The position numbers and the translations under genes were made by a program. From assembly GCA_041736175.1 (NCBI GenBank), contig JBGSUI010000168.1, positions 1 through 13,247 of the forward strand: DNA of 13,247 nucleotides. Direction: 5' to 3'. Below are positions 6,489 through 13,247 of the stretch, in pieces. Within the stretch, counting starts at the first letter, position 1, and every line of letters begins with the position of its first letter. The notes under the pieces were generated by a model that ran no database searches, was not told where the DNA came from, and saw only the letters and a program-made list of their open reading frames with translations. This stretch comes from Oligoflexales bacterium (lineage in GTDB: Bacteria > Bdellovibrionota_B > Oligoflexia > Oligoflexales > CAIYRB01).

Positions 6489-8399
6489 TTAGGTAGCAGA
6501 GCCTTCTTCGTATTCAGCATCCACCACATCATCTTTGGGTGACTTACTGCCAGCAGCCCCACCAGCATTGGGCGCTCCCTCGGCTCCAGCACCTTGGGCT
6601 CCTGCATTTTTATAAAGCTCCTCAGCCATACCATGGAATTTCTTTTCCAAGTCCTGGCGTGCCGTCTCAAGGGTGTTTTTATCGTCGCTGCTCAAGGCTG
6701 CTTTCGCCTTGGTGAGCTCGGATTCGATCTCTGCTTTGACGGAGGCAGGGATTTTTTCGCCGTTGTCTTTGAGCATTTTTTCCGATTGGAAGATCAAGGT
6801 ATCAAGACCATTGCGGGCTTCCACCGCTTCTCGTTTCTTTTTGTCTTCGTCTGAATGGAGCTCAGCATCCCGGACCATTTTTTTGATCTCCTCTTCGCTG
6901 AGCCGGGTGGATGCCTGGATCGTCACTTTTTGCTCTTTACCGGTCCCAAGATCCTTTGCAAAGACGGAGACGATGCCGTTGGCATCGATATCAAAAGTCA
7001 CTTCAATCTGAGGGATTCCCCTTGGAGCGGGCGGCAGACTATCGAGGCTAAAGACAGCGAGACGGTTGTTGTCCTTAGACATCTCCCTTTCGCCTTGGAG
7101 AACATTGATCTGAACCGAGGTTTGGTTGTCAGCCGCTGTGGAAAACACCTGGCTCTTGCGCGTAGGGATCGTGGTGTTGCGTTCGATCAGCTTGGTCATC
7201 ACGCCACCAAGGGTTTCGATCCCAAGGGAGAGGGGGGTCACGTCTAGGAGCAAGACGTCTTTGACTTCGCCACCGAGGATCCCGGCTTGGACCGCAGCCC
7301 CTATGGCCACGACTTCGTCGGGGTTCACGGAGCGGTTAGGTTCTTTGCCAAAAAACTCTTTGACGCGTTTCTGGACCAATGGAATCCGGGTAGAACCACC
7401 GACCAGAAGGACTTCGTTGACCTCGTTGTTGGTGAGGCCAGCATCTTTCATCACTTGACGGCATGGAGCTAGGGTTTTTTCGACAATATCGTCGATCATT
7501 TTTTCGAAATCAGACCGGGGAATGGTCACATTAAGATGTTTAGGACCCGACTGATCGGCCGTCAAGAAGGGGAGGTTGACTTCGGTCTGCTGGGCCGAAG
7601 AAAGCTCAATCTTTGCTTTTTCAGCGGCTTCTTTAAGGCGCTGCATCGCCATAGCATCCCTTGATACATCGATTCCGGTTTCGGTCTTAAAGCGCTTGAC
7701 CAACCAATCGATAAGGATTTCATCGACGTTGTCACCGCCAAGGTGGGTGTTGCCGTTGGTCGCAAGGACTTCGACGACGTTGTCACCGACTTCGAGGATG
7801 GAGATATCAAAGGTCCCGCCACCAAAGTCATAAACAGCGATTTTTTCGCTTTTTTTCTTGTCGAGACCATAGGCCAAGGCAGCCGCGGTAGGCTCAGCAA
7901 CAATCCGCTTTACGTCGAGGCCAGCGATTTTTCCTGCGTCTTTAGTGGCCTGGCGTTGGCTATCATTAAAGTAAGCGGGTACGGTGATCACCGCTTCCGT
8001 TACTTTTTCTCCAAGGTAATCCTCAGCAGCTTGTTTGAGTTTAGCCAGGACCTTTGCCCCAAGCTCCTGGGGTGTGTAGGCCTTGCCATCGATCTCGATG
8101 GTGGCCATTCCATTTTTGCCTTTGACCACGCTAAAAGGCATCTTTTTAGCTTCGTCAGCCCTCTCGTCGTAGGTGCAGCCAATAAACCGTTTGGCCGAAT
8201 AGACCGTGCGGTTTGGGTTGGTAACAGCCTGGCGACGGGCTGCAGCACCGATCAGTACTTCGCCATCCTTAGAAAAGCCGATCACACTCGGGGTGGTTCT
8301 TTGGCCTTCGGCGTTGGGGACGACTTTGGGCTGGTTACCCTCCATGATGGCGACCACTGAGTTGGTTGTTCCTAAATCGATCCCGATAATCTTACCCAT
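6489..8399 (-). CDS. dnaK: Chaperone protein DnaK (Hsp70)
   Basis: [80 protein letters not shown] and C-terminal [17 protein letters not shown]. Confidence 0.99.
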   Translation of the reverse strand: MGKIIGIDLGTTNSVVAIMEGNQPKVVPNAEGQRTTPSVIGFSKDGEVLIGAAARRQAVTNPNRTVYSAKRFIGCTYDERADEAKKMPFSVVKGKNGMATIEIDGKAYTPQELGAKVLAKLKQAAEDYLGEKVTEAVITVPAYFNDSQRQATKDAGKIAGLDVKRIVAEPTAAALAYGLDKKKSEKIAVYDFGGGTFDISILEVGDNVVEVLATNGNTHLGGDNVDEILIDWLVKRFKTETGIDVSRDAMAMQRLKEAAEKAKIELSSAQQTEVNLPFLTADQSGPKHLNVTIPRSDFEKMIDDIVEKTLAPCRQVMKDAGLTNNEVNEVLLVGGSTRIPLVQKRVKEFFGKEPNRSVNPDEVVAIGAAVQAGILGGEVKDVLLLDVTPLSLGIETLGGVMTKLIERNTTIPTRKSQVFSTAADNQTSVQINVLQGEREMSKDNNRLAVFSLDSLPPAPRGIPQIEVTFDIDANGIVSVFAKDLGTGKEQKVTIQASTRLSEEEIKKMVRDAELHSDEDKKKREAVEARNGLDTLIFQSEKMLKDNGEKIPASVKAEIESELTKAKAALSSDDKNTLETARQDLEKKFHGMAEELYKNAGAQGAGAEGAPNAGGAAGSKSPKDDVVDAEYEEGSAT

Positions 8400-8505
8400 A
8401 AAAAATCTCCTATGTATTTGATTTTTAATACTATTTCTGATTTTTTGATTGCCAAACTCACTATCATCTTGTGACGGCAGGAGGCGGGCTCTGCATCCTA
8501 AGGGA

Positions 8506-8554
8506 AAGGTAAGACCTTCTGGTCTTGTGTCAAGGTTGTTAGCACAACAAGACC
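8506..8554 (-). promoter_or_regulatory. Candidate dnaK sigma70 promoter overlapped by AAGACC/GGTCTT inverted repeats
   Basis: Minus strand TTGACA (8533-8528)-N16-TACCTT (8511-8506). Palindrome AAGACC-ttct-GGTCTT (8511-8526) and GGTCTTGT-N18-ACAAGACC (8521-8554). Confidence 0.45.
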
Positions 8555-8611
8555 CGAAAAAATCAAGATCAAAGTGTGTTAAGATAACAATATTGAAGGA
8601 GAGACTCGATT

Positions 8612-9733
8612 ATGTACGAACTAGCGTGCCCGTCCTGTAACTCACCGTCCCCCTACGACCTCACTAATTACCTGCTCCTATGCCCTTTTTGCTCGGTGAC
8701 CTTTCACCTAGACCGAGAGATGGGGGTCAAAGAGGTCTTTCAAGACCATTACATCGTCGCTAACACGTCTAACCCCGTGATGGTTAAAACCCTGGTTTTA
8801 GAATGGCTTAAGCGACTTAACCACAAGCCAGGGGCCACGGATCGCGAGTATTTTGTGACCAGCATCACGGGGCTCAGCATGCCCTTTTGGGTCGCCTCCA
8901 TGGAGGTCCACACCCACTGGAAAGGTCTGATCCAAAAGCAGCAGAGGTTTCGATTAGATGCCGTCCCTGGTCGGGATTTTCTGGTGGAACAGGGCCAGTT
9001 TAAGCGCAACTATCGTTGGGCGGTGTCCGGCAGAAACAATATCTGCGAATCTTGGGGCATGACCCGACTCCATGAGCCCAAGGAGGCCGTGGATGTTTTT
9101 TGGGATGGATTTCCCCTCGACTCAACTTTTTCGCGAGGCCAAATCCAAGACCCTAAATCCGACAAAGGGGCCTACGATTCTCGGGAATTTTTCGAATTTA
9201 AATTCGCCAACGGCATGGCTGTAGTAGGGATCCAAGTCAGCGAAGAAGAAGCTCTCCGTCGGGCCAAGCTCCATGTGGACCAGTACCATCTCGCACTGGC
9301 CCGCCTCCATGTGGATCTCCTGACGGATTACCGGACCGAAGTGGAAATCGCGGGGATCCAGCTTATCCATTTGCCATTTTGGCAAGCGAGTTATGTTTAC
9401 CGACCCCGGACCTCCCTGAAATTCTTTTATAGACCTAAGGAAAAACACGTACTCCTGGAAGGCTACAACTGTGGGGTGCTCCTGGGCGAGTTGCCCATCC
9501 ACCACCGAGATAAACAGTGGGTCAATGCAATCGTTTGTGCCGCAGCAGCTTTGATTATGTTTATTTTAGGCGTCGCTTGGCATCCTGCCCTCCTTTTGGT
9601 GGGACTCTTTTGTTTAGTTGTTGCTGCCGTGAGTGCCTATGGTGCGTCGATGCGAGCCAACGATGAAATGATGGAAGGAGAGCAGGCCACGGGGGGTCAA
9701 AGTAAACAGCCCACTCCAGCAGAAGCCGCTTAA
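8612..9733 (+). CDS. Zn-ribbon-containing membrane protein of unknown function
   Basis: N-terminal CPSC...CPFC. Motifs MPFW, HLPFWQASY and LLEGYNCGVLLGELP. Two C-terminal hydrophobic helices. AAGGAG SD. Confidence 0.85.
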   Translation: MYELACPSCNSPSPYDLTNYLLLCPFCSVTFHLDREMGVKEVFQDHYIVANTSNPVMVKTLVLEWLKRLNHKPGATDREYFVTSITGLSMPFWVASMEVHTHWKGLIQKQQRFRLDAVPGRDFLVEQGQFKRNYRWAVSGRNNICESWGMTRLHEPKEAVDVFWDGFPLDSTFSRGQIQDPKSDKGAYDSREFFEFKFANGMAVVGIQVSEEEALRRAKLHVDQYHLALARLHVDLLTDYRTEVEIAGIQLIHLPFWQASYVYRPRTSLKFFYRPKEKHVLLEGYNCGVLLGELPIHHRDKQWVNAIVCAAAALIMFILGVAWHPALLLVGLFCLVVAAVSAYGASMRANDEMMEGEQATGGQSKQPTPAEAA

Positions 9734-9892
9734 ACAATTCGAATTTGATCTTTGTTTTTAGAGGTTTGAGTTAATTCTAAGAATTCATAAGGAAGAGAGC
9801 TATACCTTTAGCAAAAGTTTAACTATGTAAAGACTGGCAGATCCTGCAGATTCTCACCACCGATGTGAGAACCCTTGATGGAAAGGCTTAAG

Positions 9893-11203
9893 ATGAGAAG
9901 CACGCTTACGATTTTTATTGTGGATGACCAGGAATCAATCTTGAAGTCGGTTTCGGCGGTCTTGAATGATGAGAAATACCAAACCGTAACCTTTGACAGC
10001 GCAGAGGCGTTAATCGAAGGACTCAAAACCCAACGTCCTGACCTAATCCTCCTCGATATTTGGCTGCCAGGCATCGACGGCGTCCAGGCAGTCGCCGACT
10101 TAAAACAGGCCTATCCTGCGATCCCGATCATCCTTATGAGTGGCCATGCAGGGATTGATATCGCTGTAAAAGGGATCAAGGCAGGCGCCGTAGATTTTCT
10201 CGAAAAGCCACTCAATCTGGACGTTCTCCTGGAAAAAATCACGCGACATATGCCAGCTCTAGATCCCTCCCAGCTTGCAATTCCATCATCTCCCCGGGCC
10301 CTTTACCGCACCAAAGGCAAAACCCAAAGCGCCGCTTTAGTCATGGGTAAAACCCCCCAGAGGACTCTCAATCACAATGCCGTGATGAATGGCGTCGGGC
10401 TGCTCAGTGGTCGACCCACAGGAATTATCGTCACCCCAGCACCGGTCGATACGGGCATTATTTTTAGGACCCTTGACGGCGTCGATATCCCAGCCCATAT
10501 CACCAAACTCGAAAACTTTGACAAGTTAGGCCAAGGCCGTCCCTTTACCGCCAATTCGACGGTGTTGTCCCAGGGTACTCGACGGATTCGCACCGTGGAG
10601 CACCTCTTAGCCACGTTGAATATGTTGGGTATCACCAACGCGATCGTCAAAGTGGACGAAGAGATCCCCAATGTGGACGGCTCGGCAGCGGACTTTTGCC
10701 GGATTTGTCAGGGAGCTGGAATCGTCGATCAGGACAAATTTCGCACCGAAATCCTGATCCAAAACAAAATAAATATTGGCACGGAAGAGAAATCAGAAAA
10801 ACATCTCTATGTGGAACCCTTTGATGGATTTGAAGTAAAGATGCGGGTGGACTACCCTGCACCTATCCACGAACAGATCTTTGCTTTTAATCCCGACCTG
10901 CAGTCTTTTGAATCAGAAATCGCTCCAGCGCGCTCTTTTAACACCTTTGAAAACATCGATATGGCCCAGCAGCAAGGCATGGTGGGTTCCGGATATCTCA
11001 ATTCCCATATCATTATCTACGATGGTAAGGTCATCAATACTAAGCTCAATTTCCCCGACGAGTTTGTCCGTCACAAAATCCTCGACCTACTCGGTGATCT
11101 TTACCTTTTAGGTTATGGAATTAGGGGACGAGTTGTCGGCAATATGACTTCCCATGGACTCAATCAAATGTTAGCCCAGCGGATTCACGCTGAATTGATC
11201 TAG
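9893..11203 (+). CDS. lpxC: Receiver-domain-fused UDP-3-O-acyl-GlcNAc deacetylase (REC-LpxC)
   Basis: REC motifs IFIVDD, LILLDIWLPG, MSGH and FLEKP. After a ~35-aa linker come the LpxC motifs QRTL..GVGL.SG, TVEHLLA, DGSA, IAPARSF, EFVRHKILDLLGDL and SHGLN. Start could be 9875, 9878 or 9893 (best SD). Confidence 0.93.
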   Translation: MRSTLTIFIVDDQESILKSVSAVLNDEKYQTVTFDSAEALIEGLKTQRPDLILLDIWLPGIDGVQAVADLKQAYPAIPIILMSGHAGIDIAVKGIKAGAVDFLEKPLNLDVLLEKITRHMPALDPSQLAIPSSPRALYRTKGKTQSAALVMGKTPQRTLNHNAVMNGVGLLSGRPTGIIVTPAPVDTGIIFRTLDGVDIPAHITKLENFDKLGQGRPFTANSTVLSQGTRRIRTVEHLLATLNMLGITNAIVKVDEEIPNVDGSAADFCRICQGAGIVDQDKFRTEILIQNKINIGTEEKSEKHLYVEPFDGFEVKMRVDYPAPIHEQIFAFNPDLQSFESEIAPARSFNTFENIDMAQQQGMVGSGYLNSHIIIYDGKVINTKLNFPDEFVRHKILDLLGDLYLLGYGIRGRVVGNMTSHGLNQMLAQRIHAELI

Positions 11204-11204
11204 C

Positions 11205-11621
11205 TTAACCAGCCAGCTTTATGCCCACAGGGGCCTTATCCAGGACTTTTTTAAGCCAGAATTTAAAGGCATCCTGATCGAGGGGCTTGTTAAAAAAGGC
11301 TGCTAAATCGTACTTATCTTTATAGGCCTCTTTGACTTTTGCCTCGGCACTTAAACAGGACACAATACAGCAGTTGATCTGTACTAAATCAGTTCGAATC
11401 CTGTTAAAGACTTCGATACCATGCATTTCGGGCATAATAATATCGAGAGATACGATATCAGGGAGCAGCTTATGGGTGAGTTCCAGAGCCTGCATACCGT
11501 GATGGGCCTCGCCGATAACCTCAAGTCCCAAACTTGAAAATTTATGCCGCAAATCTTCCCGCGCTAAGCGAGAATCATCAACAATCAAGATTTTTTTACC
11601 TTTCCACAACTGACTGGACAT
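11205..11621 (-). CDS. Single-domain CheY-like response regulator
   Basis: ILIVDD, VSLDIIMPEMHG, VSCLS and FFNKP, with no output domain. GGAGG SD upstream. Confidence 0.92.
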   Translation of the reverse strand: MSSQLWKGKKILIVDDSRLAREDLRHKFSSLGLEVIGEAHHGMQALELTHKLLPDIVSLDIIMPEMHGIEVFNRIRTDLVQINCCIVSCLSAEAKVKEAYKDKYDLAAFFNKPLDQDAFKFWLKKVLDKAPVGIKLAG

Positions 11622-11764
11622 AAGCGTTCCTCCCCATTGGCTCTATCGTCCTTTTTTTGAAATTGCTTAGGACAAAATAGGCGGTCAGCAAAATAAATAG
11701 GCCTCGAACCTTCCAGTCCATCTCGTTAAGCTCCAGGCCACGGACAGGCGGTCAATACGACCCC

Positions 11765-11845
11765 ATATTTTCACACTTATATTGTTTTTGTGGGCCAGAT
11801 ATTTTACACTAATATAGGTTATACGGTACCCTATTTTCATAGACT
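11765..11845 (+). repeat. Three phased imperfect direct repeats upstream of the ATPase gene
   Basis: ATATTTTCACACTTATAT (11765), ATATTTTACACTAATAT (11799), CTATTTTCATAGACT (11831). The TATTTT cores are 34 and 32 bp apart. Confidence 0.5.
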
Positions 11846-11854
11846 GCTTCGAAT

Positions 11855-13108
11855 ATGAAGAGAAACATTGACAAATATCTAGTGGAGTGGCGGGAGGCGC
11901 CGGAGCGTCGGGTCTTGCTGGTGCGCGGCGCGCGACAGGTGGGCAAGACATTTTCAATTCGACAATTAGGATCAACATTTCAATATTTCGTCGAAGTTAA
12001 TTTTGATTTCGACCCAAAAGTTAAGAAGTTTTTTGAAGGTACCCACGATCCGATCACATTATGTGAAAAACTAACAGCTTATTATGATATCCCCATTATT
12101 CCTGGCGCGACGTTGCTTTTCCTCGATGAGATTCAGGCATGCCCTGAAGCTTTACCCTCCCTTCGCTATTTTTTTGAACGCATGCCGCAATTGCATGTAG
12201 TGGCAACAGGATCACTTCTCGAATTTGCTCTGGAGCAGTTGCCATCATTTGGTGTGGGTAGAATATCTTCTTTGTTCCTTTATCCTATGTCATTCTACGA
12301 ATTCACGATGTCCTTATGCGGCGATGCTTTGGCCAACATGTTGCAAATCAAAAATTGCGCTCATATTATCGATCCTGTATTCCACAGCAAATTTCTCGAC
12401 CTTTTTCGCACCTACTGCATGGTGGGCGGAATGCCTGCCGTTGTCAAACATTACAAAGAAAAACGGGATCTAAGGTCTTGCCAAAAATTGCTTGATGAGT
12501 TGCTTAGTACATTCAAAGATGACTTCGCAAAATACAAAACACGTATACCTCAAGAAAGGCTTTCTGAAGCACTATCGGCGGTTGCTTACCAAGCGACAAC
12601 AAAATTCAACTATTCACGAATGAGCGACACCGCAACGCACGCATCTAGCAAACAGGCTATTGATTTGCTTGAAATGGCAGGATTGATTCACAAAGTCTAC
12701 CATAGCTCAGCGGGTGGTATACCCTTGGGAGCACAGATCAATCCTAAACGATTCAAAACACTTCCCATGGATCTCGGACTCCATCAAAGGCTGCTAGGAC
12801 TCGACCTCCAAGAGATTCTAACTGACGATGCCCACTTGATTAATAAAGGCAGTTTAGCAGAGGTTTTTGTCGGGCTCGAATTGTGTTCGAGCAGTGCTCC
12901 AGAGAGCAAGAGACAGTTGTATTATTGGCACCGCGAAGGGCGATCCAGCAATGCAGAGGTAGACTATATCATCCAAAAAGGTACTGATGTGATTCCCATA
13001 GAGGTAAAATCATCACGTCGAGGATCCATGCAAAGCCTGGCCCTCTTTATGGCTGAACACAACAGTCCATATGGCCTTCGCCTTTCCCTTGAAAATTGTT
13101 CTAATTAG
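11855..13108 (+). CDS. AAA_14/DUF4143-family ATP-binding protein with a C-terminal PD-(D/E)XK-like motif, possibly C-terminally truncated
   Basis: Walker A GARQVGKT, Walker B LLFLDEIQ, ATGSLL, LYPMSFYEF, GGMP, DLGL and LYYWHRE...AEVDYII...IPIEVKS. Confidence 0.92.
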   Translation: MKRNIDKYLVEWREAPERRVLLVRGARQVGKTFSIRQLGSTFQYFVEVNFDFDPKVKKFFEGTHDPITLCEKLTAYYDIPIIPGATLLFLDEIQACPEALPSLRYFFERMPQLHVVATGSLLEFALEQLPSFGVGRISSLFLYPMSFYEFTMSLCGDALANMLQIKNCAHIIDPVFHSKFLDLFRTYCMVGGMPAVVKHYKEKRDLRSCQKLLDELLSTFKDDFAKYKTRIPQERLSEALSAVAYQATTKFNYSRMSDTATHASSKQAIDLLEMAGLIHKVYHSSAGGIPLGAQINPKRFKTLPMDLGLHQRLLGLDLQEILTDDAHLINKGSLAEVFVGLELCSSSAPESKRQLYYWHREGRSSNAEVDYIIQKGTDVIPIEVKSSRRGSMQSLALFMAEHNSPYGLRLSLENCSN

Positions 13109-13247
13109 TCGCTGGCGCGAAATCAGCATCTAAAAAATCAAAATTCGTCGATTTTTTATAATCTATTTATTATTTAATACAGCTAAGATGAGCCACCCCA
13201 CCGGTTTGAATAGGTATGGCGAGTCAAAAAAAGCGCATAAAAAAATC

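Noticed and set aside
6594..8421. Several long + strand ORFs antisense to dnaK (e.g. 7743-8360, 205 aa)
   Set aside because: Open antisense frames are a well-known by-product of hsp70 codon usage. They are fragmented here and lack start signals or motifs.
8428..8546. CIRCE-like half-sites TTGGCAATC (minus strand, ~8446-8454) and TTAGCACAA (8539-8547)
   Set aside because: Neither has a matching second arm at N9 spacing.
8584..8599. ATAACAATAT match to the reverse complement of the putative omegaRNA guide, near the Zn-ribbon gene SD
   Set aside because: Only 10 AT-rich bases of the distal guide match. The seed needs a 3-nt gap and there is no adjacent TAM, so it is consistent with chance.
9840..9866. 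sigma28-like ACCGATGT upstream of REC-lpxC
   Set aside because: No acceptable -35 element at N11 spacing.

Overview
Bacterial chromosomal window, probably a Bdellovibrionota/Oligoflexia- or deltaproteobacterial-type genome (inference from Cys-rich lipoproteins, sigma54/sigma28-like promoters and LpxC). Left to right: (1) an AT-rich sigma54-preceded lipoprotein that looks like a catalytically dead trypsin-like protease; (2) a 714-aa Cys-rich lipoprotein behind a FliA-like promoter; (3) a ~2.4-kb integrase-less islet bounded by a 78-bp imperfect direct repeat that duplicates the lipoprotein's last codons and the bidirectional terminator shared with dnaK. The islet carries an XRE regulator, an excisionase-type HTH antitoxin whose PIN partner seems deleted, and a 481-bp miniature IS200/IS605 element with intact ends, a promoter, a collapsed tnpB and a likely omegaRNA scaffold; (4) a stand-alone dnaK; (5) a Zn-ribbon membrane protein; (6) a receiver-domain-LpxC fusion convergent with a single-domain CheY-like regulator; (7) an AAA_14/DUF4143 ATPase, probably C-terminally clipped. 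The most notable items are the REC-LpxC fusion, the mini-IS605/omegaRNA unit, the att-like duplication and the pseudo-protease. All calls come from reading motifs by eye; no searches were run.
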